The notes: a model not told the origin generated them from the sequence alone. 62,590 nucleotides of DNA, filler included, from Sanchytrium tribonematis (GCA_018985235.1; 7 parts of 7 records of this genome joined end to end with filler, not necessarily neighbours in it); one strand, 5' to 3'; numbered from the whole stretch's first letter, positions 42,912 to 53,691 are shown. A program made the numbers and translations.

Positions 42912-43478
42912 TTAATAGTTCATGGCTCTTTTGTATTTACCTTCCTCTTCCGACGTTAATTTATCTTTATCCCATACTGCGCTGTCACTCCTATCAATGA
43001 CACTTTTTGGCAAACTGTCAAACATTTTTTGCATTGTAACAACTGGGTTCAGCTTTCCAAATACCCTTTCTGGATCTACATACTCCTGTTCATACAGCAT
43101 TTGCTTAACGTTTGGGGACTTGGCCCATTCCAAAGTTCTTGGCGGACTTCCTCCAGTGTAATCAGAATCATCAGGAAACGCTTTATAGAGTATACTTGGT
43201 GTTTTAAAACTGCTCTCTTTTTTCTTTGGCATTGGGGTACTTGTTATGAACGAATTGCCATTAAGAAACTTCATTGGTGACTCTTCCACTTTCTTCTTAC
43301 CCAATCCAACCATTTTTTGCATCAGGTCTTCGTACATACTTTTGTCCGGTTTGAGCTTTTGTAAAATAATATCGTAGAATTCTTTTGGTAGAGACGGAAG
43401 GTCTACCAGTTCCCCAGTCTGTTCCTCAAATGCTATTACCTGCTGAACGAATTCAAGCAACTCTTCAAACCAATTCAT
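42912..43478 (-). CDS. INCENP: Miniature INCENP (IN-box)
   Basis: EWAKSP.V...L.EQ...DPE.VFG and RSDSAVW..D.LT.EE Aurora-binding IN-box. Confidence 0.8.
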   Translation of the reverse strand: MNWFEELLEFVQQVIAFEEQTGELVDLPSLPKEFYDIILQKLKPDKSMYEDLMQKMVGLGKKKVEESPMKFLNGNSFITSTPMPKKKESSFKTPSILYKAFPDDSDYTGGSPPRTLEWAKSPNVKQMLYEQEYVDPERVFGKLNPVVTMQKMFDSLPKSVIDRSDSAVWDKDKLTSEEEGKYKRAMNY

Positions 43479-43657
43479 TTTTGGTTTTGTGTTTCAGGAA
43501 GAATTTGCACATTGCAACTTATCCAGACAATCCGTTTATTATTACGATTAATATATTTAATGACCCCAAGAACACGAATTCGCATTGTCCCATAAAAAAC
43601 TTGTAAACTTTTAGATTTTTTTTAAATGAAGAATTGTCAAATTAAGTTATTATACAT

Positions 43658-44491
43658 CTATTTATAAAAGAGTAGAAACCCGCGTTTTTGAAATCCGCCT
43701 ATCTGTTCATTTAGCTCCAGAGTTTCGTATCTGGTAAATCCTACTTTAGAAATAAGAATTTCGGGTATGTCAGAAGGCTCAATTTCAAGCTCTAGAAATC
43801 TTTTATAGTTAATAGGATGCAATTTTCTCCAATATGAATCTTCGTTGTGTAACTCTAAAACAAACATTCCATTTTCTTGCAATAAATTATAAGCCTTTTT
43901 TAAGAAACTGATAAGTCCTTTATCGTGATGTTCCAAGTGGATCCATTTGACAACAGACAAGCATAGAATGACACCAAATTTTTGATTTATGGTGTATTTG
44001 AGAACATCTGCGTGCTCAAATTGCATCTTATTATTTAAAAGCAAATATTCTCTACCTTTTCTTGTCAATTTCTGACTCAAAGAAGCAGGCAATTTGTAAT
44101 GGTTTTCAATGATTGACTTTGCTAGCCTATCTCTTGCGCACTTGACAAGATGTGTATCAATATCAATGCCCATATAAAATTGAAATTTGGTTTTCATAAA
44201 AATATCATTCCCTATTTTTCCAGAATGACAGCCGATATCTAAAATAACTTTTTCATCAAGTAAGTGCTTCAATGTTTCTATTCTATCATCCTCATATCTA
44301 TAATCGTAATAATCTCTATAATTGCCGAATTGTGTAAAATTTTCATCACTAACATCCTCCATTACATTCAGCAAGTCATCAATTGGGTATTTGTTTTTCA
44401 ATTTATATAATATTAATCCATTTCTGAGTTCTGGTCTTGAAGTTAAAAGATTTTTGTTTTCGTCCACAATTTTCTTAATCTCATTTTGCAT
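43658..44491 (-). CDS. BIN3: Bin3/MePCE-type RNA methylphosphate capping enzyme
   Basis: FGNYRDYY.YR, ILDIGCHSG, ILCLSVVKWIHL..HD.GL. Confidence 0.88.
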   Translation of the reverse strand: MQNEIKKIVDENKNLLTSRPELRNGLILYKLKNKYPIDDLLNVMEDVSDENFTQFGNYRDYYDYRYEDDRIETLKHLLDEKVILDIGCHSGKIGNDIFMKTKFQFYMGIDIDTHLVKCARDRLAKSIIENHYKLPASLSQKLTRKGREYLLLNNKMQFEHADVLKYTINQKFGVILCLSVVKWIHLEHHDKGLISFLKKAYNLLQENGMFVLELHNEDSYWRKLHPINYKRFLELEIEPSDIPEILISKVGFTRYETLELNEQIGGFQKRGFLLFYK

Positions 44492-44638
44492 CAAGGAGCT
44501 ATTACGTCGTATAACTCACCACCCAGTATTAAAATTCTTCAATTTATCTGTCATAGATTATTTCATTTTGCACATAAATCTATTTTAAGATCACGTTAAA
44601 ACCATAAAACGATCATTTTAAGAATTTCCCTTGTAACA

Positions 44639-44792
44639 ATGACCACGATACATCTGCCTCTTAAGAGTGATCATGATGTCCGTCCTTTGTTTATATGTCC
44701 AAATACCCACCAAATTTACTTAGAAGCCTTCTCGCCATTGGCACAGCAAACCATGGATTTTTTAATTGCAATTTCGGAACCCATCTCTCGAC
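44639..44792 (+). CDS. SSL2: TFIIH helicase XPB N-terminus, truncated
   Basis: LKSDH..RPL......[10 protein letters not shown]....[12 protein letters not shown]. Confidence 0.88.
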
Positions 44793-44892
44793 NNNNNNNN
44801 NNNNNNNNNNNNNNNNNNNNNNNNNNNNNNNNNNNNTTAATTAATTAANNNNNNNNNNNNNNNNNNNNNNNNNNNNNNNNNNNNNNNNNNNN
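44793..44892. other. Artificial contig linker
   Basis: N44-TTAATTAATTAA-N44. Confidence 0.99.
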
Positions 44893-46317
44893 AGGCTTTC
44901 TCTTCTTTGCAAAAACTTTCTTAACATTTTTTGATACTTTTGAAGCTCTTGATTTAGTGAGTTGGACACCTAAGTAAGCGTAATTGGTTATAGCCTCTGC
45001 GTCTTGGTATGGTATATTGGCGTGCTCTAATAGTTTTTTTCTATCCTCGTCTTTTATTCCACTTTTAAAAAATATATATAACATCATAATTATTAATTTA
45101 TCGTCAACACGAATGGTCTCTTCGTCCAAAATTTCGACGATATCCCCAATAATATTTTTCAAACTACTACCGTCCGAACTCTCGCCCGTTGCCAGATTTT
45201 GTTCGACTTTAGCAATAATGTCAAGCTTGCGCTTTGAATAATATTCTAGACAATCTTGCGCCAGTGTGATGTGAATCGCATATCTTTCCTTCAACTCTTG
45301 AAATTGTGGAAGATCTTGAAGAACCTTTTTTAAGTCATTCACAGAAATATCCTGATTGACATCTCGATTCCCCATTGCCTGGGAAGCAGCCTTGTTCTGA
45401 CTTAAAAAGTTCTTAAATTCTGCATCAATAGTTACAGAAACTTCAGCAATATGTTTGTGTCTTAATATAGGCCAAAGGTTATCAGATTCTTCTGGCATTG
45501 TTTCTTTTTCTTGGCCGTCACCACCCTTAAAAAGAAACTTCTGGTTTCGTTTCGGCAGAAGATCGTGCATCATTGCCTCATATGTGAATTCATGTAACAA
45601 AGGTGCACAAGGATCAAAACTTCTATCATATATTAAAACAGTGGACGTCGTGGCAGCATTTTTAAATTCATCATCAGATCTTCTTAATTTATCAAGCTCC
45701 TGTTGCAATGCAATGGCAAATCTGTTGGTCTTTGAGGATGAATTTTCTCCATAATATCTAATACAGGGATATTCACCCAAAGTGTAGCACACCCCTGCAA
45801 ATCTTTGGGCTGCCAACGCTATATCGTAATTAGCGATGCTCGCATTGCCTGTTGGAGAGTATAAGTGATACATCATATTTGGCATATTCAAATTAAATGT
45901 AAAACTATCCACAGGAGTGAAGTCAAAATATAAATCTACCAATTTTTTTATGTATTTGCTAGCGTTAGAATTTTTGATTTCTTCAAACAACTCATCGCTC
46001 AATGGAGACGAAAAGTAAACGTATGCCGCACTGTATAATTTTGGTTTTCCTTGTGGCCAGTCATATATAAAGCGTTTGACTGATTCTGGACATGGAGAAA
46101 GAAAATAAATCCCATCTTGATTTTGATATGGTTGCCTACGCTTAAGCAAAGACTCGATAACTGTAACATTTTCAGCCAAAATGTCGTACATAGACAACGA
46201 ATTGTTTAATAACTTGACCGTAAGAGGATCAACAACCAATGTTCGCAGCATGTTTTCGGTCGGTTGCAACAGATCTTTTTTAATTTTTGATTTTATCACA
46301 TCCCTCAAATTTGTCAT
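44893..46317 (-). CDS. SEC1: Sec1/Munc18 protein, 3' truncated
   Basis: LVVD, LGEYPCIRY, DRSFD..APLLHEFTY.AM..DLL, LRHKHIA, VEQNLATG. Confidence 0.93.
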
Positions 46318-46359
46318 AATTAAGTAACAATAATGTTTCAATTTTTAAAGGGATAGGTT

Positions 46360-46653
46360 TCAAATTTCATTTATTGGCTTCGCAAATCCGGACCTTATCA
46401 GGTCTTCTATTTCATCAGTGTATTTCTCATTATGGATACCTACTGATCTTCCCATGCATGCCTCGGTCAATTCAAAAGATACTGGCTTCATTGGTGGACA
46501 AGATTTAATTCTGTTTTCTCGCATTTGCAACAGAGGTCTTAGAATTTTCTCTTCGTCTCTAGTGCATTCTTCTGGAACATTGAGAAGATAAAGAAACCTA
46601 TTTCGTTGGGCAAGAAGTGCATTTCGAAAATTGTGCTCTTGCTTCGAATCCAT
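46360..46653 (-). CDS. Hypothetical small protein
   Basis: 97-codon ORF filling the space between SEC1 and IQUB. Confidence 0.45.
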   Translation of the reverse strand: MDSKQEHNFRNALLAQRNRFLYLLNVPEECTRDEEKILRPLLQMRENRIKSCPPMKPVSFELTEACMGRSVGIHNEKYTDEIEDLIRSGFAKPINEI

Positions 46654-46688
46654 GAGTTTCACTCTGAAATTTCTTTTTTGTTAAGGCC

Positions 46689-47582
46689 ATGGCACAGGTA
46701 GGACCTCTACTTGTTATAAATGACCAAGAATATTTTAATGGGTGTGCACAAACAACCACCACAAATAATTTCCCAAATTCTGTTAGCAAAACTTGCGAAT
46801 GTAAACCATCCATTCCAAAATATTCTCAAACTAAAAAAAATTGTGCTGTTCAAACAACAAAGTTTTGTCAATCAGTTGGGCAGAAAAAGCTTGTTCGACC
46901 CTACATAATGACCGATGATTTCTTTCGCAATCAATTTGCATTAAAAATACAAAGTTGGTGGCGCAAACAGCTCTCCATTAAAAAATTCTTTGTTGTCTTG
47001 CAGCTCTGGAATAGTTTTTTGTCTGAACAGGAAGCGAAAAAAAATCAAGACAGGTATCACGAATTGAAAAGCTGGCAGGAAGAAAGAATGAGAAGCTTAT
47101 ATCCTCATACAAAAGCACAGCTAGCTTACTGGAACAAAGAACTTCAAATTTGGAAAAGTAAAAAAATTTCAGAGATTCAAGAATCTGACACTGAAAAAGA
47201 AAAGATCAGAAAAAGACTAGAAATATTGGAGGGCGAAACTAATATATATAAAGAATTGTTTCATAGGATGCACTGCTATCACAAACTTCGAAAGGTAGAA
47301 AAGAGAAAAGAATTTTTAGTTATAAATTCGAAACCTTTAGCATATAGTGTCCCAACAGACACCCAAAGGACTGTTCAAGCAAGGCAATTTTTGGAAGAAT
47401 ACTCTAGTATCCTGGTTAAAGATGAAAAGGCGATCAGTAAGTTAAAAGAACATACCAACTTACAAATTAAACTATTGGCTAAAAGAGAAGCAGAATTTAA
47501 GGAAAGAAATTTGAGTACCAGAGGTATCTTGCAGAGATTGAATTATGCATACTTCAAATATGCCGAGGCTGGAATTCAATAA
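46689..47582 (+). CDS. IQUB: IQUB/FAP253-like protein, reduced
   Basis: AVQT...Y.MTDD, IQ motif KIQSWWRK, R..YP.TK....W..EL..WK. Confidence 0.6.
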   Translation: MAQVGPLLVINDQEYFNGCAQTTTTNNFPNSVSKTCECKPSIPKYSQTKKNCAVQTTKFCQSVGQKKLVRPYIMTDDFFRNQFALKIQSWWRKQLSIKKFFVVLQLWNSFLSEQEAKKNQDRYHELKSWQEERMRSLYPHTKAQLAYWNKELQIWKSKKISEIQESDTEKEKIRKRLEILEGETNIYKELFHRMHCYHKLRKVEKRKEFLVINSKPLAYSVPTDTQRTVQARQFLEEYSSILVKDEKAISKLKEHTNLQIKLLAKREAEFKERNLSTRGILQRLNYAYFKYAEAGIQ

Positions 47583-47611
47583 ATAAAGACTTATGCGTTT
47601 CTCCATCAAAC

Positions 47612-47971
47612 ATGACCAATCGAGATTTCTCAATTTTGCGTGAAAATTTTCCGACTCCTGTTATTCAACGTATCGTGGAAAATTCTACAGACAAATCAAT
47701 TGAATTAGAAGCATTGCTACTATTGAATAAAAGTGCAATATTTTTTCTGGGAGAATTGGTGGCAGAAAGTGAGGGCGCAAAAGAAGAAGAAATGGCAAAA
47801 ACCCTCAAAAATTGGGGATTTGAAGATTTTGATGACAAGGCCAAAAAATCGATACAGGCGCCAATACAAAAAACAAGTATACCCTCAATGCAAATCCCAG
47901 GGGCAGCGGCTGATTCCGAAAGCGCAATGCAACGAAAGTTGATGGGTTTACTTCAAAAAAAATTTCACTGA
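47612..47971 (+). CDS. Histone-fold protein (CHRAC/Dpb3/Dpb4-like)
   Basis: FP.PVIQRIV......I..EA..LL.KSA.FFL.EL. Confidence 0.6.
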   Translation: MTNRDFSILRENFPTPVIQRIVENSTDKSIELEALLLLNKSAIFFLGELVAESEGAKEEEMAKTLKNWGFEDFDDKAKKSIQAPIQKTSIPSMQIPGAAADSESAMQRKLMGLLQKKFH

Positions 47972-48001
47972 GTCATACAATATTTAAATTTAGTAAAGCC
48001 A

Positions 48002-48586
48002 CTAGAATTTTGGGCATTCCCTAAGCATCACTGATAATCTTCTTGGGTCTCTTGTGAATACTTCACCATCTTCATCGTGTTTGGACAGTCTTGGGATTGA
48101 ATGTTTCCAAAGGAATCTAGCTTCAGCTTGCAATATCAATAAGGATCTTTGCCTTATTGGGACAACAATTTTTTGATCTTCATTTATAAATATCATTTTT
48201 ACGTCACAACCCATAGATAAAATCACAACAGTGTCCCCAAATACATTCGCATCTACATGAGGCATTATTCCTTGACCAATTTTATATTCATTCACCATTA
48301 TTGAATTCATTCTTTTAAAAGTGGGATTGTTTGATTTTATTTTTTGTGCTATCAGGTTTATACTTGGTGGTATGTCAAGATTGGAAATAATTTTTCTTGT
48401 GGAGAAACAAAAGAGTTTGCCATACATTTGGAATCGCCTTCTCAATTGACTATTTATATTGCACAGCGGAATGCCGTTGCCATACCAATTTTGTTCATCA
48501 ATATAATTCATAAACAATCGTTCTTCGTGCTCAGTGATAACATTTTCAAAAATTGAAAGCCCATTTGGTTTTTCAAAATGTGACAT
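48002..48586 (-). CDS. AlkB-family 2OG-Fe(II) dioxygenase
   Basis: VNEY..GQGI.PHVD, WKHSI, RRLSV.LR. Confidence 0.88.
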   Translation of the reverse strand: MSHFEKPNGLSIFENVITEHEERLFMNYIDEQNWYGNGIPLCNINSQLRRRFQMYGKLFCFSTRKIISNLDIPPSINLIAQKIKSNNPTFKRMNSIMVNEYKIGQGIMPHVDANVFGDTVVILSMGCDVKMIFINEDQKIVVPIRQRSLLILQAEARFLWKHSIPRLSKHDEDGEVFTRDPRRLSVMLRECPKF

Positions 48587-48636
48587 CCTTAATTTTATAA
48601 ATTAAATTTGTCAAGAAAAAACATAGTAAAGACATT

Positions 48637-48822
48637 TTATTTTCCTAGTACAGCAATTGAATCTCCTCTAATAAAGTACGCATCCATAACAACATTGTCA
48701 ACTTTAGCGTCTTTCAGTATGCAATTAGATAATTGATCTATTGCCACAAGTTGTCCTTGTATTAATTTTTTATCTATAGTTATAATTTTTACATCAGAAT
48801 TTACTAAAATATGAATGTCCAT
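48637..48822 (-). CDS. LSM8: U6-associated Sm-like protein Lsm8, minimal
   Basis: V.IIT.D...IQG.L...DQ..N.IL and YFIRGDSIAVLG. Confidence 0.75.
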   Translation of the reverse strand: MDIHILVNSDVKIITIDKKLIQGQLVAIDQLSNCILKDAKVDNVVMDAYFIRGDSIAVLGK

Positions 48823-48982
48823 AATATTAGAAATTCCAAGGGGTTGACTGATTGATGATTATACAAGAAATTCAAACAATTTGTACCTTAAAAAATACTC
48901 TAGCAACTACAAACGCGTCGTCAAAAACGTTACCAGATTTGCCAATGGGGTGTGAAATTTATTTTTGCAATTTTTTTCAAAC

Positions 48983-51038
48983 ATGGATCGTTTCTTGGCG
49001 GATTGCAAACAAAAAAATGGACAATCTTATCTTGAGCTTTGCGCACAGCCCGTGATCAACGTCGATATGCATGATATCAGGGATTATGACCAAGACCTGT
49101 ACGAAAAGTGTAATACCCAGCCAATTCATGTAATCAATATGCTGCAAGAAGAAATCTTTAAAGCAAGAGGTGCTGCTAAAACTGATTTTAGAAGTGATGT
49201 GAATTGTCCTGATCAGATGAAGTACGATTTTGAAGTGCATTTAATCAATAGTGATGCGAAGAATATCAGAATTCTTGAATGTGACGCGAAACAGGTGGGC
49301 AAGCACGTTCAAGTAAGCGGAATTATCACCAGATGCTCTCAAGTGCAGCCTAAAATTCTAGTTAATGTATACATGTGCAATGTTTGTCAATATGAACATT
49401 ATCAACCATTTTATTCGGAACAACCAACATTTACTATGCCGTCTTTGTGTCAAGGTAAATGTAAAGACCAAAAATTGAAAAGCGTGATTGAATGGCAGCC
49501 TAGACTAACAAAATACTGTAGTTTCCAGACCTTGAAAATCCAGGAACAGTCCCATTTGGTGCCTCAGGGCCATGTTCCTAAAACTTTGACGGTTCATTGC
49601 CACGGATCTCTTACAAATACTTGTACTCCGGGTGACTTGATCACATGCCAAGGTCCGTTGATGCCAATTCATGAAAGTGGATTTATGAAGAATGGACTGC
49701 TTTGCACACTATATTTACATGCCATGAACATTCAGAAGCAACAAACCACTATTGACATTGCTGGTGTTGAGAAAGAATTGGAAGACTTGTCTCAATCTCA
49801 TGATGTTTATACAAGACTAGCATCTAGTATTTGTCCTGAGATTTATGGGAATCTTGATGTTAAAAAGGTTTTACTCTTGTCACTTGTTGGTGCTCCTGAT
49901 ATTATTCAAAATGGATTACATATACGTGGAAATGTTCACGTCTGCCTCATGGGATGTCCTGGTATTGCAAAATCACAATTACTTAAATATATTTCAAACA
50001 CTGCGGAAAAGGCTGTATATACTACAGGAAAAGGAAGCAGTGGAGTTGGTTTGACTGCCGCTGTTGTAAGAGACCCTGCTACAAAGCAATTGGTCTTAGA
50101 AGGTGGCGCATTGGTACTAGCTGACACTGGTATTTGTTGTTTAGATGAATTTGATAAAATGGAGGATAATGATAAAACTGCCATTCACGAAATTATGGAA
50201 CAACAAACACTAAGTATTAGCAAGGCAGGTATTGTCACAACATTAAATGCCAGAACATCAATCCTGGCAGCAGCTAATCCAGTTTATGGTAGATATAACC
50301 CAAATGTACCTGCTCATAAGAATGTGAACTTGCCTGCTGCTTTAATAAGCAGATTCGATATAGTCTATATCCTCGTCGATACTCCTGACTTGGATTCAGA
50401 CATTGCTCTTGGTGAATATGTGTCTCATGTGCACCAACATGGAACTCACCCAGATCTTGGATTTACCCCATTAAGTGCACAAGCCATTCGAGAATATGTC
50501 AAGAAAGCCAAACAATTCACCCCGATTTTATCTCGAGAGGTGGCTGATCATATAGTTGATATTTATGTTGGTTTGAGAAGCCAAGAGAGATCTACATTGC
50601 GGACGTTGAAAAAAGATCAAATTCAACATTCAACTCCGAGGACTCTTGTGAGTTTGATCCGGTTGAGTATGGCCCTAGCTAGATTGAGATTCAGCGAAAT
50701 TGTTGAACTCACTGATGTTAATGAAGCAGTGAGACTTGTTCAAGCTTCACAACAAGCTATTATAGATCCAAGTAAAAGACAAGCAGCTATTTCAGATAAG
50801 GTGGAGCATATATATGGAATGATTAAAGAGCTTTATCAGGTTAAAAAAGCCACACAAGAAGATGACCAAGGTAATTTTAATTTATTAAGAAATTTGGGTA
50901 AATATTGAGGAATTGAAAAGACATGCTGCTTTGCATGGAATGACAAACGAAGAGGTTGACAACACGATTGGTGAATATACTGATATGGATGTTCTGATGA
51001 AAAATGAAGAAGGGACTGCCATACAATTTGTAGAATAA
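48983..51038 (+). CDS. MCM7: DNA replication licensing factor MCM7, 2 exons
   Basis: GHVPKTL, LASSICPEIYG..DVKK.LLL.LVG, LVLEGGALVLAD.GICCLDEFDKM, AAANP.YGRYNP, LPAAL.SRFD; winged-helix tail in exon 2. Confidence 0.93.
50871..50889 (+). other. 19-nt intron GTAATTTTAATTTATTAAG
   Basis: Opens a winged-helix-like tail (EIWVNIEELKRH..HGMT.EEVD.TI.EY..MDV); AAG acceptor. Confidence 0.88.
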
Positions 51039-51074
51039 ATTTACGTTATATTTTGACTTTTTCTTTTTGAAACT

Positions 51075-52026
51075 ATGGATGCATATATTATCAAAAGCAT
51101 AATTGGCACAGGAAGTTTTGCAAAAATATATAAAGCGCAGCGTAAAAAAGACCAGCGTTACTTTGCGATAAAGGAAATTTATTTTAGATCATTGAAAAAA
51201 AATGAGAAAAAGCAAATTGTAAATGAGGTTAATATCATGCGCGAATGCCAATCTGCATACTTGATAAGATATATACAGCGAGAGGTGAATCAAGAAAACG
51301 GACTACTATGGATTGTAATGGAATTTTGTCGAGGCGGTGACTTGCATAGATTCTTAAACCAAACAACCGAAATGATTCCTGAGGATATGGTATGGATTTA
51401 CATCTCACAAATTAATGAGGGATTGAGATACCTGCATGAAAAGCAAATTATACACAGAGACATTAAACCTCATAACATACTTTTTGTTGACGAAACTAAA
51501 ATAAGGCTCAAATTGGCTGACTTTGGTTTATCAACCTGGAATCAAAATTTTGCAAATACCTATGCTGGTAGCCCGTATTATATGTGTCCTGAAATGGTCC
51601 AGTCTCTCCCTTACGACGAGAAGGCGGATCAGTGGTCACTTGGATGTTTGTCATATCAATTAACTTGCAGAATGCCACCCTTTGATGCAGAGCATTATAA
51701 CGAGCTAAAGGAAAAAATTCTTTATGCCCCTGTACCAGATCTACTTCACCAATATTCACCTTTATTGCATGAATTTATAAACGTGCTTTTAAACAAAAGC
51801 CCATTGGATCGTCCTAGCTCATTACAAACTGCGCAACACTTTCGCATACAACTAGCATTATACGACTTAAAATTAAGATACATGTAATTTAGGTTTATTT
51901 AGTGAATTGCAACTTAACGAGCGTGAGGCAGCTTTGGAAAAACGAGAACTTGATTTCTCAAAACGGAAAGGAAGAAAGCGTCTTCGTTCATGTGAAAGTT
52001 CACCCATAAGAACCGGAAACGCATGA
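51075..52026 (+). CDS. NIMA-related (NEK) kinase, 2 exons
   Basis: IGTGSF, KEI.F...EKKQIVNEVNIM, MEFCRGGDL, HRDIKP.N, YDEKAD.WSLGC; exon 2 is the coil LNEREAALEKRE. Confidence 0.88.
51884..51902 (+). other. 19-nt intron GTAATTTAGGTTTATTTAG
   Basis: Removes the premature stop and opens a NIMA-like coiled-coil tail. Confidence 0.85.
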
Positions 52027-52045
52027 ATTTTTTTGCCTAATTGAA

Positions 52046-53691
52046 TTATTTATATAAATTTTTGTAGATATAAATGAGTTTATACCAATGCATCTCTTCT
52101 GCAGTTAAACAATAATCACAGTTTATCTTACTAAAATCATAAGAACCGGCGACCCCACTAATTTGTATCATTTGTAAATCTATCAATGGAATATTAATTT
52201 CTTTTCCAAAAATTAGTTTTTCCATTTGTGCTTTCAAGTCATCCAATTTCACTTTTTTGGATACTTTTTGGAATTGAAAATTTCTCTTCAACAGGACAGG
52301 CGTTGATTTATAGTCTTCGAGTTCTTGATTTGATTTGTCTTGCCAAAAAGAAATTTTAGCATTAAATTTTCCCAATGCATCTTTTATTGCATCTTCTTCA
52401 ATTGATTCTTGATTTTTAGAGCTTGTAGTGGACTGACTGGGAGGCGGGGTCGCTAATCCTTTGGGATCAGCAGAGAAACCAATTCCATCGAGGTTGACAA
52501 GATCTTCCAGTTTAGAAACTACTGTTGGTAAAGAATGCCTTTTCCCAATTTCCAAAGCCAAGTATTTTTGGACATTATTTTGGACATCTTCAGACTTGTT
52601 GACATATGCAACAATGCTGTATAGCGAACAAGCTTGTTTAGCGAGTTCATTTTGTAGGCTGTATTCATTCCCAAAGCTTCTAATTGTTTGCACATGATTG
52701 GTATCAATAAATAGACTTCCAGAGAATCCTCCGCTGTTATTTAAGCGCTGTATGTAATATTTTGGCAATTTTTGGTATTTAATTCTGCAATATTTATCAA
52801 CATATTCTAAATAGTCGATATTATTATTTGATTTGAAAGATAACAATTCTTTTGTCTTTGTGTAGGCAATAATGTCATGAGTTATTATGTCAGATGATAA
52901 GTCTTTCCAGTTCGAAACTCGAGTGTAATATTTAAAAAATTTAAATCCCAATTTAACAATTGCTAAGAAATAAAATTTAATATCTTCGAGAAATCCTTCC
53001 AGATGTAGAGTCGCGCTAGGTCTAAATGTGGATGTGTAAGACACATCTCCAACAACCATCGAAAAAGAATGAAGCCTATCACTACCTTCTATCACAGAGA
53101 TAGTCTGTAAATCAAATTCCTGATTGGGAAAATCTTCTTTCACGAAATCTTTCAAATCCATCGCGCATTGTGGCAGACTGTCAACGGACTGGATTTCATA
53201 ATTTTGTTTCCGAGAAAATTTTTGAATAAAATCTCTCATTCTATTTCTTAATTTGACTATGTTTCTATTTTCTACTTTAATAATTTGATTTTTGATAAGA
53301 TGATTTACATAGTAACAAAAGGTTTCGAGGTCATACTTTTTCAGCAATTTATCTATAGAAATATTAATTGAGAATTTTCTTATCAAAGAAAAGGTCAAAT
53401 TGGCAGTTATTTGGTCATAAAACGCATCATTTTCAAAAATATTAATATCCCTTTGAACGAGTTGCTTTGTGTCATTCAAAAATTGGTCCAAAAGTATAGA
53501 ATCTGGTAGGTTTAAATGAAAATTTACAAATCTATCAAGTTTTGCTTCAAAATAAAATAGCCAAATCTTGAATTGAGTATCAATGGTTAAATTTTGGCAC
53601 AAGATTACGAAAATGTTGTGATGCATCTTTCGTATACTGCTGGTGTATTCTTCGTATGATTGATTTTCAATTTCAAGAAATTTGTATTTAG
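52046..53691 (-). CDS. Hypothetical protein with possible dsRBD-like modules, 5' truncated
   Basis: Long ORF; VDKYC......PKY......GGFSGSLFI......ELAKQAC resembles a dsRBD. Confidence 0.45.
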
